A stretch of DNA of 63,156 nucleotides from an uncultured virus (IMG/VR IMGVR_UViG_3300046331_000190) (Duplodnaviria; Heunggongvirae; Uroviricota; Caudoviricetes), in the IMG/VR virus record IMGVR_UViG_3300046331_000190; one strand, 5' to 3'. Made by a program: the position numbers and the translations under genes. A model generated the notes under the pieces. It did no database searches. It had not been told where the DNA came from and saw only the letters and a list, made by a program, of their open reading frames with translations. Position 1 is the first letter of the stretch. Each line of letters starts with the position of its first letter. This document shows, in pieces, positions 19,487 through 31,300 of this stretch.

Positions 19487-21787
19487 CTAGCAAGGCCCCA
19501 GCTCATTAGGTGTTGAGTAACTGTATGATACGCTTGTTCCTTCTTTGAAACAGATTGTCAAGAATGAACCATCTGATATAGCATCTGATTGTAAATGGTT
19601 ACTGCAATCAGTCCACTCAATGTAATCAGTTAAGCCAAATCCGTTATAGTTATCCATTCTCCATGATATACAAGCAGGTGGAGGAGTATAGCAACCATTG
19701 CTTACTGAGTTGTATTCAATAACTCTAACACCACAACTTGTTGAAGAACAAGGGTTTTGTTGAGCTTGATTAATCACCCAATTAGGACCTTGACAGTATG
19801 CAGAACCAGTATCCTGGCAGTTAGATGTATAGTTACAAGAAACTCCTGTTGGTTGACCTCCCACATAAACTTTATTCCCTGCTTGATTCTCAACATAGTA
19901 TTGACCATTTGTTGATGAGCAGCTATTTGTGTCTTTATAAACAGGAGCGTTATAGCATTCGTAACAGCTTGTATAATTCTGATAAGTAAATATTGGTGCA
20001 GTGTTTCCAGCACATGGATCATAACAACCGTTAGCCACAGAGTTATACTCAATAACACGAACACCACAAGATGCTGATGAACAACTATTTGCTTGATACT
20101 GATTAATAACCCAGTTTGATCCTTGGCAATAAGCTGATCCTGTATCTTGACAGTTAGATGTTGTTGATGGGTATGAGTTAGATGGGTTATAAGATAGCCA
20201 CGTACCGTTTAATAAATAGATATATGGTCCACCATAACAAGTATTGCTATTTTGATATACAGAAGTTTGATTAACTGTACCATTACTACAAGTATGATAT
20301 GTACCAATCGCATTAGGTCCTGCTACTTGTGAAGTTGATTGTCCACAACATCCACCACAATCTGCTGAGTTATATTGATAAACAGCTCCTTGTCTTGTTT
20401 GTCCGTTTGTTGATGAACAAGGACCAGCTATATCTGTCTGAACATAATACTTATCACATGTACCATAGCAATCATACGTGCCATTATTCTGCCAGTTAGG
20501 GACATCGTCACAACAATTATAAGAGGTTGTGCGTTGGATTGATCCATTATAAGCTGGAGGAACTGTACACTGAGTTACTGTACCACCTGCATAAGTATAG
20601 AAAGCACCATTTGATGGTAACACATATCTATTATTTATACCAAGAGGTACAATCGTTGTAAACGCATAATCAGAAGGACTACAACCGATTAACTCATAAT
20701 ACGTTACTGATGGTATTGTAGTATAAGAACTTGTGTTTGTTGTACTTGCTGTAAACGTACCACTAGTAATTGCTGCAGATACAGTGTGATCAGCTGTACC
20801 AGAATAAGCATAAAAGAACAATGTGTAATTAAAACCAGAGCTAATTGGTTTCTTTAAAGTAATGCTGATATTACCACCACTTTGATTCTGTTGATATGTA
20901 TCTAAAGTATAATAGTCACTGGTAGGTGCTGGGCATAGTTGATCGTCATAGAAAATCTTTTCGAATGCATCCAGGTATAAACCAGCTGGTAAATCAACAG
21001 TTAAAGTACCACCACTAACTTTACAACCAGTGTTTGTAACATTAACAATATATCTCTTTAATGTTGTGCAGTCAACAATCGTCGATTGATCTGTTGTAAT
21101 GCTAATACCAAGAGTTGTTGGACTTATAGTAAATGTTTTTGCTGCTTCAATAGTAACTAAACCATCACATCCTAATGCAAAAAAACTAGCTGTATTAGTA
21201 TAAGTTGCACCACCTCCTGTTACTCTAGCATTAAAAGCTACTGTATAGTTATGACCATCGCCAATTGGTTTATATAAAGCAATATCAATATGTGAACTTG
21301 TTAGTGTAACTACATCATAATAATCAGACGTTGGTAAAGGCCAATCATTAGCACCAGGACCAATAGCTTTACCATCATAGTAGACATATCTAAAAGATGT
21401 AATCTCAATACCAGCAGGAATATAGTTAACAAATCTAGGTACTCCTCCAGGTTTCCATGTTCCGGCTCCAGCACTAATCTGAAACTTATAAACAAAATCA
21501 TCTGTACAATCTGGTGTTATTGCTTCTCCATTTATTGGAGATACAATAGTCTGTGTCATTGTAGGAACAAACGGAGTACATGCAATTGCAACTAGATCTT
21601 GAAATCTAGGACATCTATTATCTGTATAAGTAGAGAAAGGACTAACTGTTGTATCAACTGTATAGTAAGTATTAACCTCCCCCTTTGTAACACACTTGTT
21701 ATTTATAGGAGGATTAGTACCTGCTTTTACAGGAAAACCCATTGTGCTGAGTTCTTCAAATGTTACAAGAGCGTCATTAACCTTCAT
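19487..21787 (-). CDS. Cys-rich adhesin/decoration protein with two Ig-like repeats and a duplicated 47-aa Cys module
   Basis: 766 aa, about 39 Cys. TSNCQDTGSAYCQG.NWVINQ...CGVRVIEYNSV.NGCY occurs twice; LP.G....F...Y.D..PTSDYY..I.I.L.KPI..G.NYT occurs twice. Confidence 0.6.
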   Translation of the reverse strand: MKVNDALVTFEELSTMGFPVKAGTNPPINNKCVTKGEVNTYYTVDTTVSPFSTYTDNRCPRFQDLVAIACTPFVPTMTQTIVSPINGEAITPDCTDDFVYKFQISAGAGTWKPGGVPRFVNYIPAGIEITSFRYVYYDGKAIGPGANDWPLPTSDYYDVVTLTSSHIDIALYKPIGDGHNYTVAFNARVTGGGATYTNTASFFALGCDGLVTIEAAKTFTISPTTLGISITTDQSTIVDCTTLKRYIVNVTNTGCKVSGGTLTVDLPAGLYLDAFEKIFYDDQLCPAPTSDYYTLDTYQQNQSGGNISITLKKPISSGFNYTLFFYAYSGTADHTVSAAITSGTFTASTTNTSSYTTIPSVTYYELIGCSPSDYAFTTIVPLGINNRYVLPSNGAFYTYAGGTVTQCTVPPAYNGSIQRTTSYNCCDDVPNWQNNGTYDCYGTCDKYYVQTDIAGPCSSTNGQTRQGAVYQYNSADCGGCCGQSTSQVAGPNAIGTYHTCSNGTVNQTSVYQNSNTCYGGPYIYLLNGTWLSYNPSNSYPSTTSNCQDTGSAYCQGSNWVINQYQANSCSSASCGVRVIEYNSVANGCYDPCAGNTAPIFTYQNYTSCYECYNAPVYKDTNSCSSTNGQYYVENQAGNKVYVGGQPTGVSCNYTSNCQDTGSAYCQGPNWVINQAQQNPCSSTSCGVRVIEYNSVSNGCYTPPPACISWRMDNYNGFGLTDYIEWTDCSNHLQSDAISDGSFLTICFKEGTSVSYSYSTPNELGPC

Positions 21788-21790
21788 GTA

Positions 21791-23524
21791 TTACTTAAGC
21801 TTTTCTTGTAGTTCCTGAACTGCTTTTAAAAGTATTGCAATAGTTGATGGGATATCCATCGTGTCGTGATTAACTGTTGCCAGTTCTGCTGGAGTATCTT
21901 CTGCTATAAATCCTATATGTTTTACTGTAGGATCAGCTTTATACACAAAGTTTACAATCTTAGTCTTGTTGATAATATCTAAAGCAGAAGATGTAAAGTC
22001 ACTAATATCTGTCTTCTTTGTTCTTGATGATGTTTGATAGAAAGCTCCTGCATATAAGTTGTTACCACTAACATAGATATTAGGGTTTGTAAATGCAGCT
22101 GTTTCTGTACCGTTTGATATAACAAGAGCGTTATTAGTTGCTGGAAAAATAGCATCAAAACCAGTACCAGCATCACCTTTGTCGCCTTTGTCACCTTTAA
22201 TACCTTGGGGTATTGTAAAATCAAATATTGCAGCTACATTAGTACCACTGTTTGTTATTGCTGCAGCACTTCCAGCTGCACCTGTAGTAACAGTACCTAA
22301 ACTAATAGTAGCTGCTGTTCCTATATCACCTTTAGCTCCTCTTGGAATAGTAAAGTTGAATATAGCAGCAGCTGTTGTACCAGAGTTTGTAATAGCAGCA
22401 TCTGTACCAGCAGCTCCAGTTGTTACAGTACCAAGAGCAATAGTTGCAGCAGCACCGTTATTACCAGTGTCCCCTTTATCCCCTTTTGCTCCAGTATCAC
22501 CTTTAACACCTGCAATACCTTGATCTCCTTTATCTCCCTTAACACCTTGAATACCTTGTGGTCCTTGCGGTCCAACAATGTTACCAACGTTTTCCCATAC
22601 ACCAGCAGATGCACTCCATACATATAAGTCACCATTAGGACTCGTAACAATGTATGCATCACCTTGTGTGTTACCAGATGTAGGTAAAGAAGCAACGTCT
22701 GCAACAGTACCGAGTAAAGTTAATCCAGTACCTGATGCACCAATAGAACCCTGTATACCTTGAACACCTTGTGCACCATCATTACCTTTATCCCCTTGAG
22801 GACCTCTTGGACCCACAAGTCCTTGTATACCTGTTTCCCCTTTATCACCCTTGTCTCCTTTTGGTCCTTGCAAACCTGTAGCTCCTTGTGGTCCAACAGG
22901 GCCAACAGGACCTTGTGGTCCTATAGCACCTTCTGCACCAGAACATCCTGGGATACCTTGTAGTCCTTGAGGACCGGTAGCACCAGTTGCACCTGTATTA
23001 CCGCGGTCTCCTTTGTCTCCTTTAAGTCCTTGTGAACCTTGAGGACCTACAGGGCCTGGAACTGTACTAGCTGCACCAGTATCACCTTTTGGACCAGCAG
23101 GACCTGTTAATCCAATAGGTCCTTGAGGACCAGTTAAACCTGTATCTCCTTTTAATCCTTGCGGACCAGCTGGACCAGTATTACCTGCAGGACCTTGACC
23201 ACCGACAATTGTACCCTTTACTACCCATGAGTCACTTTCTTTTCTATAGAAAGTACCTGACATAGTAATAAGGTACATGTCGTTGTTCAAACCAAATGAG
23301 TCTTGTGGAGCCGTTGTACCTGTATACCACTTACTTCCTGTACCAACATTATATGTTGATAATACATCTCTAACCCAAGCTGTTGTAGGAACAGTATTTG
23401 AGTCATCAAATACAGATGGAGTATGGGCTTTTATAAACTTTGTAACAGTAAGATTCCCTGGTAATACTACATCACCATTGCAATCTTTCTTTATAAAGTC
23501 TTTTAGGTTTAACGGCTTATTCAT
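21791..23524 (-). CDS. Collagen-like tail fibre with C-terminal intramolecular chaperone (peptidase S74)
   Basis: Long Gly-X-Y runs (GPQG, GDKGD); C-terminal [23 protein letters not shown]. Confidence 0.85.
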   Translation of the reverse strand: MNKPLNLKDFIKKDCNGDVVLPGNLTVTKFIKAHTPSVFDDSNTVPTTAWVRDVLSTYNVGTGSKWYTGTTAPQDSFGLNNDMYLITMSGTFYRKESDSWVVKGTIVGGQGPAGNTGPAGPQGLKGDTGLTGPQGPIGLTGPAGPKGDTGAASTVPGPVGPQGSQGLKGDKGDRGNTGATGATGPQGLQGIPGCSGAEGAIGPQGPVGPVGPQGATGLQGPKGDKGDKGETGIQGLVGPRGPQGDKGNDGAQGVQGIQGSIGASGTGLTLLGTVADVASLPTSGNTQGDAYIVTSPNGDLYVWSASAGVWENVGNIVGPQGPQGIQGVKGDKGDQGIAGVKGDTGAKGDKGDTGNNGAAATIALGTVTTGAAGTDAAITNSGTTAAAIFNFTIPRGAKGDIGTAATISLGTVTTGAAGSAAAITNSGTNVAAIFDFTIPQGIKGDKGDKGDAGTGFDAIFPATNNALVISNGTETAAFTNPNIYVSGNNLYAGAFYQTSSRTKKTDISDFTSSALDIINKTKIVNFVYKADPTVKHIGFIAEDTPAELATVNHDTMDIPSTIAILLKAVQELQEKLK

Positions 23525-23542
23525 TATCAACTAGGGTATACT

Positions 23543-23552
23543 ATAAGATACT
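23543..23552 (-). promoter_or_regulatory. Putative phage promoter
   Basis: AGTATCTTAT in the 35-bp gap before the collagen fibre gene. Confidence 0.5.
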
Positions 23553-23558
23553 TATTTA

Positions 23559-23990
23559 TTAGCAGTCAACTACGTTCTCTGCTCCAAATAAACCAACTAA
23601 CTTAGCCTTTAAGTGTGAGTATCCAAATGCAAAGATATCAACACCTTCTGCAGAAGATAAGTCTGGTACTGAAACTGTAATAGTTTCAACACGATCAGGT
23701 AGTTGATTACCATCAGCATCTAAACCTACTGTTGGATAGCTCATTGTACGCTCTTCTTGCTTAGTAAGTTGAACATAGATTGTATCACCAATCTGTTGGT
23801 TACGAGCTTGTCCTGCAAGCATTCCTGGCATACCATTAGTTGCTGGTGTTGCATCTTCTTCTGATTGGAAGATTTCTACTTGGAAGTTAGCTGAACCAAA
23901 CTTAGATAGTTGGTAGTTTGAGATACGCACATAAGCTTCTGATGTGATGCCTTTGTCTGTCCCGATTTGGGTAGTGATTTTTAATGCCAT
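23559..23990 (-). CDS. Putative tail-fibre assembly protein
   Basis: Between fibre genes; paralog of the next ORF (MA.KI.T.IGT..GI...AYVRIS.Y). Confidence 0.45.
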   Translation of the reverse strand: MALKITTQIGTDKGITSEAYVRISNYQLSKFGSANFQVEIFQSEEDATPATNGMPGMLAGQARNQQIGDTIYVQLTKQEERTMSYPTVGLDADGNQLPDRVETITVSVPDLSSAEGVDIFAFGYSHLKAKLVGLFGAENVVDC

Positions 23991-24002
23991 AATATGTTTT
24001 GT

Positions 24003-24422
24003 TTAAACTGTTTCAATGTTTTCTTCTCCGTATAAAGATGCTAGTTTTTCACCAAGCTTTTCATATCCTACTTCAAAGATAGTCTTTGTTTCAAATACTG
24101 ACAAGTCAGATACTTTCTTATAGAAGGTTTCTTCCATCTCTGTATCAACTCCATCAACTTGCTTAGTAATAGTCTTTATATAAGCAATACGATTAGTCAT
24201 CTTTAGATCTAATGATATACCAATCTCTTTTGACTGTAGTTTATTAGGGTGAATAACTGGGATATATGCAGTTTCATGCATTGATGAATCTTTATCTTTA
24301 AAGATGTCAATAATAAAAACTACATTACCGTTTTTGTTTACATCATATCCACTTATGCGTACATACGCCCCAGTAACGATTCCCTCATTTGTGCCTATAG
24401 GCGTGTTAATCTTAAATGCCAT
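24003..24422 (-). CDS. Putative tail-fibre assembly protein (paralog of 23559..23990)
   Basis: Shared N-terminus and C-terminal IF..GY..L..KL..L.G.EN. Confidence 0.45.
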   Translation of the reverse strand: MAFKINTPIGTNEGIVTGAYVRISGYDVNKNGNVVFIIDIFKDKDSSMHETAYIPVIHPNKLQSKEIGISLDLKMTNRIAYIKTITKQVDGVDTEMEETFYKKVSDLSVFETKTIFEVGYEKLGEKLASLYGEENIETV

Positions 24423-24426
24423 ATGT

Positions 24427-26976
24427 TTAGTTGTTAGTTAATTGTTCTACCAATGATTCTAGTCTTGTAATCTTTGCATTTTGCTCTTTTATAGCTTCTG
24501 CTAAAACAGATACGATTTGGGCATATTCTACGCTGTATTCATCAATCTCTTCTGCGTATCTAACTGCTTCAGGCAATACCTGTTCTAGTTCTTGAGCAAT
24601 AAATCCTACGCGTTTATTTTTAGCTTCGTCTTGAATGTAGTTAAAATATACTCCGCGCATTGCAAGTACCGTATCTAATGCTCCTGTAATACTAGCAATA
24701 TTTTCTTTTGCGCGTCTATCAGACCAAGTAGTCCAACCGTATTGCGCAGAACCATATTTAATACAACGGAAACCATCTCCTGAATATGTATTGTCTGTTC
24801 CTATACCCCAACAGTTATTACCGTTGTTATAGAATAAGTTCCACCAATTACCATTCTCAGTTAAGAAACCATAGTCTCCACTTGTATTAAGCATTAAAGA
24901 GAGAATGTAATTATGATTAGTTACATGACCTCCCCATCCATTTCTACTACCATGTATTTTCCAAGTTCCATAGGAATTATCATTTGGATACCAGTGAGCT
25001 CCATTTGTTGGATTATAGTGCCCTGAATATCCAGTACTCCTAAACCAACCGTTAGCATAAACTTCTTGAAAAGTAGGTGATGCATTAACTGTAACAGCCT
25101 GATTCATATGGTAGCCATCAACAGTATCAGAGTTTCCAGCAGAACCTGCAGAACCTGCACTACTTGCATAACCAGCCGAAGCCGCATATCTCACACCTAA
25201 GTCAGATGGCTCTATCCAACCTGAACCTGAGTATGCTCCGTTGTTATAAACATAACGAGAGTAGTCAACATAGTTTGAACCTTCCCCTCTGTGAGTAGCT
25301 TTTGCACCTAATAAATTAGACAACCAGTCTCCAGCCCAACGCATCCAAAGATTACCATCTCCTCCACCAAAATAAGCCTGAGTTACTGCACCTTTTGAGA
25401 AAATCCAATCGCTATTTTCAATACCAAATACCATTGAACCACTAGGACGATACAAACCTGCACCACCCCACATATCTCCACAACGAATGCTTCCTGAACC
25501 ATAGAAATAACCACTTGTTGCGTTTACGTTTGTATTTGCATTTAAGCTACCTCTTGTCCAAATATTAGATGAAATAGAAGCATAAGTAAGCCCGTTTACC
25601 ATTACAAGCAAACCGTGGTCATTTAGATACCCTGCTTGACCACCTGCATTAGGATGAGACCATGCTAAACCATACAAAGAGCCAGGTGATGAACCATTTA
25701 ATGGGAGCTTATAAGCATCTCCCATTGCAAAAACACCTTGATAAACAGTAGATGAATAAGCACCTACTATTGTAGATCCGTAGTTGTTATTAAGATATAA
25801 GTGCTGATTAATAAAAACATTATCTCCTGAATCCCATCTTAGATTCCAACCATTCTGTGCAGTCTGTGAACCTCTACCTAATCGCCAATCATTAGTAGCC
25901 ATATTCCACATTAATCCCCAGTATTGTCCACCATTATTCATAGCAAAACCACCGTTGTTATTGTAGCCTCCTGCAACAAATGAATAACCTCCATTTACAG
26001 TAACTGTTCCAGTTAATGTTCCTCCTGATAAAGGTAAATATGCCCCTAATGCAGAACTTGTAATATAGCCTGAGTTATTAGTAAATCTCGATATATTCAT
26101 ATCAAAAAGTGCATCTGCATAATCAGCTCTATATGCAGTATTGACTAACACGGCAGTTGCATCTGTACGACCTACTCCCCAAGCTCCTAAGTGTAAATAT
26201 GCTCCATAAGTATTTTCTACCGTTTGGTCATTACCGCTAATACTTACAAGTCTTAGATTTCCAGTCATATTACCACCTGATAATGGTAAGTATGAAGTTA
26301 AAGCAGAAGCAGTAATATATCCAGCAGGATTGCTAGAATTGTAAGGAGTATATCCTAAAGCATTTGTTACCATCAAAGATGTAATGCCTGAGATATAACC
26401 ACTAGGATTTGACGAATTATATGGAGTATAACCAAGTGCTCCAGTAACCATTGCACTTGTAATTCCGCTAATATATCCACTTGGATTTGTTGCGTTGTAA
26501 GGAGTAAATCCTAATGCTCCAGTAACATCACCTGAAGTTAATGTAATAGCTCCAGTTCTAGTGTTAAACGATGTAACACCTGATGCAATAGTCCAAGCTC
26601 TATCCGCAGATAAATCGTATGCAGTTCCGTTGATAGTTATTGTTCTTGACTGAGGTACTTTAGTCCCTATTGATGTGGTAATAGTAGTAGCAAAGTTTGG
26701 ATCATTACCCAAAGCTGTTGCTAACTCGTTTAATGTATTAAGAGTAGTAGGTGCTGATGCAACAAGATTTGCCATTGCAGTTTCAACAGATGAAGCTGTA
26801 GCATAAGATAACGATCCTACATACGCACGTATCCAAGCAGTAGTGGCAACTTTTGTCGAGTTGTCAGTACTATCTGGTGTAGGTAATGATAAACCAGCTG
26901 GAAGCGTTACTGCTCCAGTAGTATGATCATATTGAAATACGTTAAGTATATGGGAGGTCTTCCTTTGTTTGTTCAT
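24427..26976 (-). CDS. Tail fibre with C-terminal peptidase S74 chaperone
   Basis: APTTLNTLNELATALGNDPNFATT (phage fibre repeat); ALGYTPYN.SNP.GYI x3; WSDRRAKENI..GFIAQE. Confidence 0.85.
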   Translation of the reverse strand: MNKQRKTSHILNVFQYDHTTGAVTLPAGLSLPTPDSTDNSTKVATTAWIRAYVGSLSYATASSVETAMANLVASAPTTLNTLNELATALGNDPNFATTITTSIGTKVPQSRTITINGTAYDLSADRAWTIASGVTSFNTRTGAITLTSGDVTGALGFTPYNATNPSGYISGITSAMVTGALGYTPYNSSNPSGYISGITSLMVTNALGYTPYNSSNPAGYITASALTSYLPLSGGNMTGNLRLVSISGNDQTVENTYGAYLHLGAWGVGRTDATAVLVNTAYRADYADALFDMNISRFTNNSGYITSSALGAYLPLSGGTLTGTVTVNGGYSFVAGGYNNNGGFAMNNGGQYWGLMWNMATNDWRLGRGSQTAQNGWNLRWDSGDNVFINQHLYLNNNYGSTIVGAYSSTVYQGVFAMGDAYKLPLNGSSPGSLYGLAWSHPNAGGQAGYLNDHGLLVMVNGLTYASISSNIWTRGSLNANTNVNATSGYFYGSGSIRCGDMWGGAGLYRPSGSMVFGIENSDWIFSKGAVTQAYFGGGDGNLWMRWAGDWLSNLLGAKATHRGEGSNYVDYSRYVYNNGAYSGSGWIEPSDLGVRYAASAGYASSAGSAGSAGNSDTVDGYHMNQAVTVNASPTFQEVYANGWFRSTGYSGHYNPTNGAHWYPNDNSYGTWKIHGSRNGWGGHVTNHNYILSLMLNTSGDYGFLTENGNWWNLFYNNGNNCWGIGTDNTYSGDGFRCIKYGSAQYGWTTWSDRRAKENIASITGALDTVLAMRGVYFNYIQDEAKNKRVGFIAQELEQVLPEAVRYAEEIDEYSVEYAQIVSVLAEAIKEQNAKITRLESLVEQLTNN

Positions 26977-27032
26977 AACCTACTCTTATCTATTTATGTA
27001 ATCTTATTTTTATACTATCTGTATAGTATAAG

Positions 27033-27380
27033 TTAACTAAAAACTTCCCAGTCATCAAGAACATAGTTGTAAATATATTCTTGTCCATCATCTGGTTTTG
27101 GAGGATATGACCATAAACAAGTCTCCTCATCAAATGTAAATCTAGGACTAGGTTGTGGAAAATAAAAGGCATCTCTTACTCTATCATAAAACATACCAAC
27201 ACCAGCAAAGTTCTTTCTTAGTGGTGTTCCTCCTAATCTATGTTGTCCTCCGTAAGTATTGTAAGATGTTTGTATCCATCTTGAGGGATCTCCTACAGCA
27301 CCTGAGTCAATAAAATCTTGTTCAGCAACTATTACGTTAACAACTATATCATCCTTATCTACTAATGCAAAATGTGACAT
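27033..27380 (-). CDS. Conserved phage tail-associated protein
   Basis: MSHFALVD..VNVIVAEQDF..WIQTSYN..LRKNFAG..YD..RDAF pattern, adjacent to the Gly-rich adhesin. Confidence 0.55.
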   Translation of the reverse strand: MSHFALVDKDDIVVNVIVAEQDFIDSGAVGDPSRWIQTSYNTYGGQHRLGGTPLRKNFAGVGMFYDRVRDAFYFPQPSPRFTFDEETCLWSYPPKPDDGQEYIYNYVLDDWEVFS

Positions 27381-27381
27381 A

Positions 27382-28344
27382 TTATAATACGTATCTAATT
27401 AAAACTATTCCTGATCCACCTGAACCACCAATACCATTCCCTTGTGTTCCACCGCCTCCACCGCCTGTATTCGTGTCCCCACTATTAGCAGTTCCTCCTG
27501 CTACCGCACCGTTACCTCCACCACCTTGACCACCCATTACAGGTCCGCCACATCCAGTGTTATAAGCGTTGGTTCCAGGTTCTCCTCCCCCACCTCCTCC
27601 TCCACCATAGTAGATAGAGTTAGAGTTTAACCATGTATGTGATTTACCGCCACCACCATTACCACCTCGTCTACCATAACCATTACAGTTTGTTCCAAGT
27701 GCACCAGCAGCATTAGTACCACCACCTCCACCACCACCTCGTGATGTGTTATTAGATTCTCCACCAGCTCCACCACCGTTTCCTCCTTGGCTTCCTAAAC
27801 CACCGTAACTCCAGTTAGAGTGTCCACCACCACAACCACCATTTGCTTGAGCTTGTGATTGACTTTGATATGGACCATAAACAGCAGATCTACCACCACC
27901 TTCGGCAGTTATACTTGCTCCTCCTCCACTAACTGTTGTATTACCACCTTTTGTATCAACTCCCCCACCACCTCCAATAGTTACAGTAACATTACCAGTA
28001 ACAGTTGGATAAGATAAAACCCAGCCGCCTCCACCACCGCCACCACCAGATTGTGTGCTACCATTACCTCCTCCACCTCCGCCACCAATAGCAATAATTT
28101 CCATACCTTTGGTACCATTAACTGTTAATGTACCAGAAGATGTAAACACGTGGACTCTGTAGCCTAAATAATCAACAACACTTCCACCACTTGCACTAAA
28201 TGAAGAGTATCCGTAGAACTCACTCATAGAGTCAGGCGTACCTTTACCTGCTGCAGCACTAAGCGTTCTTAATGAGTATGAACCAGACCCTAACTCAGCT
28301 CTGATTTGATTAATACTAATAGCTCCTGATGATTGTAACGGCAT
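27382..28344 (-). CDS. Glycine-rich fibre-tip adhesin (polyglycine-II type)
   Basis: MPLQSSGAIS..I.AELG N-terminus; many GGGGG runs; ends GGSGIVLIRY. Confidence 0.7.
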   Translation of the reverse strand: MPLQSSGAISINQIRAELGSGSYSLRTLSAAAGKGTPDSMSEFYGYSSFSASGGSVVDYLGYRVHVFTSSGTLTVNGTKGMEIIAIGGGGGGGNGSTQSGGGGGGGGWVLSYPTVTGNVTVTIGGGGGVDTKGGNTTVSGGGASITAEGGGRSAVYGPYQSQSQAQANGGCGGGHSNWSYGGLGSQGGNGGGAGGESNNTSRGGGGGGGTNAAGALGTNCNGYGRRGGNGGGGKSHTWLNSNSIYYGGGGGGGGEPGTNAYNTGCGGPVMGGQGGGGNGAVAGGTANSGDTNTGGGGGGTQGNGIGGSGGSGIVLIRYVL

Positions 28345-28345
28345 C

Positions 28346-31300
28346 TTAGAATCCTTTCATTGTTTTTACAATAGCAACTAACTCATCTATCTGAGCTTTT
28401 TGTTCAGTGATTTGAGCTTGTTGTTCTTTTACTGCTTCAATAAGAACTGCTGTAAGACCTTGATATCTAACAGACATCCAACCATCTTCTCCTGTTCGAG
28501 CAAGCTCAGGAAAAACTTCTTTAACCTCTTGCGCAATTACTCCAATATCTTCAATAAAAGTAGTAATCTTTACCTCTCTTTCTTTCCAGTCAAATCGATA
28601 ACCATTAAGTTTACATACACCATCTAAGGCATTAGGTACTTTCTCTTTAATAGTTTTTAATCTTACATCTGATTGAGCTCCATAAGCTGTTACATCACCA
28701 GTACACCAAATATTACCAGATGTATCTATAATAAAACGACCTCCTTGGCTCCAGTTATGACCAACACCATAATGAGGATTATTATTATTATCAGCCCATC
28801 CTATAGAAAAATGACTAGGGTTTGTATTTGCTATACCCATTCCCCATCTACGGTAACCACCTGCCGTTAATATTCCAGTCATTGATATTACAGGACCGTG
28901 AGTATCGTTACTAGCGTTATTCAGTGAGTTTATATCAAGATGTGGGTAATACGGTGCATTTATAACTAAACCATGTCTATCAGAATCAGGATAAGCTCTG
29001 GAGTAATCAATACTACCCAACATTAGATTTACTCCAGATGGAGCTTTCTGCATTGATACAAGACCTGCTTTAGTTAATCTAATTATACTATCGTTTTGAG
29101 TGCCTCCATTATTAGCTCCAAATACTAAATCATCAGAACTATCTAATGCTGTAAATCCTACATACCAGTTTCCGTCCGCATTACTTCTTTCTCTTCGCCA
29201 TCTTAATCCACCCCAAGTTGAAGTAGTAGCCATACTGAAAGCTAAACCTTCAGCCCATGATGCTGACGATGGTGTTATAGAAACGTTATTACCAAAGTTT
29301 ACTGATCCTCCGCCACTATATATTAATGGTGTAACAACATAAGAACTAGCTCTTAAAATAGCATGTGTCACATCAGAGCCAGTAGTTAAGTTTTGGTTTA
29401 AACTAGAAGCATATGAATAAGCAGAAAAACCACTATGAAATATATCTCTCCATGGATACCACGTACCTGAATAACCTGCTCTCCATTTTAACGTTGAACT
29501 TGAACTATAATCACCTTGAATCTGCCACATTGTATCTGAAGCAGCTAAATGTAGGACTGGTGCATAACTCATATTACCACCATTCGCGTTCTCATTCCTA
29601 ATAACTCTAGAGAATCCACTGCTGATATTAGTTGAACCAGTATCTAAGAATGTAGTATTTAATCCAGCAACATTTGAACTACTGGTAATATATCCTGGAC
29701 CATTAGTAAGTTGGTTAAGGTTAGTTAAATTACCTGCATGCCATACAGTGTTACCGTTTACTGCTAATATAGCTACTCCACCATTTTCTGTACTTGGAGA
29801 TACAACATTTATAACTCCAGCTGAAGTCATAAGTATGTGTCGTGTAGCTAATCCTTCATAATGCCAAGTTAAGCCTGGAGGATTTTCAGAACCCGTACTT
29901 CGTATCTCTACAGTATTATTAATTGTTAATCCCGCAATATTACCGTTGAAAGCTGCAGATGTTCTGTTACCTAATGTAACTTTTCCTGTTAATGCAGTTA
30001 ATCCTGTAACAACCCCGCCAGAAAGCGGTAAAGCGTAAGAAGAATAGTTTCCAGCATGTAATACCTGGTTGCCATTCTGTTGTAAAGCTACTAGTGAGTT
30101 TACAACACTACCATTTAAAGTAACCCAAGGTGACTCATATCCTGCACCAATCCATGCCCACGTTAAACTATTATTTGCACCAAGTGCTCCAAATCCTGCT
30201 AAGATGGTATCGCCATTTCCTCTAAAATAAGTACCCATGGACCAACCTCCAGAACCAGCTTTTATAAAGATTCCTCCTCCACTATTATCTAAAGTGATTG
30301 GTCTACCTCCACCAGTACTTGATCCTCTTGCAACTACAGTAGCTAATGTGTCCGTTTCAGTATAACTAGTAATATAACCTGAAGGGTTCGTACTATTATA
30401 AGGGGTATATCCTAACGCTCCTGTGACATCTCCTGACGTTAAGGTGATTGCACCAGTTCGTGTATTAAAGCTCGTTACACCCGCAGCAATGGACCAAGAT
30501 CTATCTGCTGAAAGATCATAAGCTGTACCATTGATTGTAATAGTTCTAGTCTGTGGTACTTTTGTTCCAATACTAGTTGCTATTGTTGTTGCAAAGTTAG
30601 GATCGTTACCTAATGCAGTTGCAAGTTCATTAAGTGTATCAAGTGTTGTTGGAGCAGAAGCTACTAAGTTTGATATTGCAGTGTTTACATATCCTTGTGT
30701 AGCGTAAGAGTTTGCTGTTAGATATGCAGCAACACGAGCAGCTGTGTAATAAAGATTTGTACCTTCAACAATATTTGTTGTTGATGCAGCAATCTTTGTC
30801 CATAAACCAGTTGATGCGACATACTTAATCATGTCGCCATCCGATGCATTCTTTACAGAAAGATCGTGTAGCTCATCTAACTCAAAACCGTTTTGTACTT
30901 TAACAAAGATCTCACCATTATTAGATTGTACACGTGTAACAACACCAATAAATACTAAATGAGCAGGAGCAACTGGTTTATTAGCTAAACCAAAGATAAG
31001 ATTACCGTTCGTACCTAACCATACTGGATCCCCAGCATTAGCTGTTGATGTATCTAAACCTGCAAGTAAACCTTCAGTTACAACAAAACCTTGACCGTTT
31101 ATTGCTAAATTTTGAGAAACTAGTCCTAGTGTTTTACTAGATGTTTGTTCAGAAGCATTAGATGCTTTAGAAACAATCATATTAGTACCATCAGCAGATG
31201 ATACATAAACTGCTTGACCTTTTGTTAAAGCAACTGCTGCTTTTACAGTATGTTGTACAGTACTTGTAAAATTAGGAATCCATGTAGTATTATAATCAGT

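Noticed and set aside
19688..20161. Duplicated ~140-nt segment in the Cys-rich adhesin as a DGR template/variable repeat pair
   Set aside because: Differences are mostly synonymous and not adenine-specific, both copies are in-frame coding, and no reverse transcriptase is present in the window.
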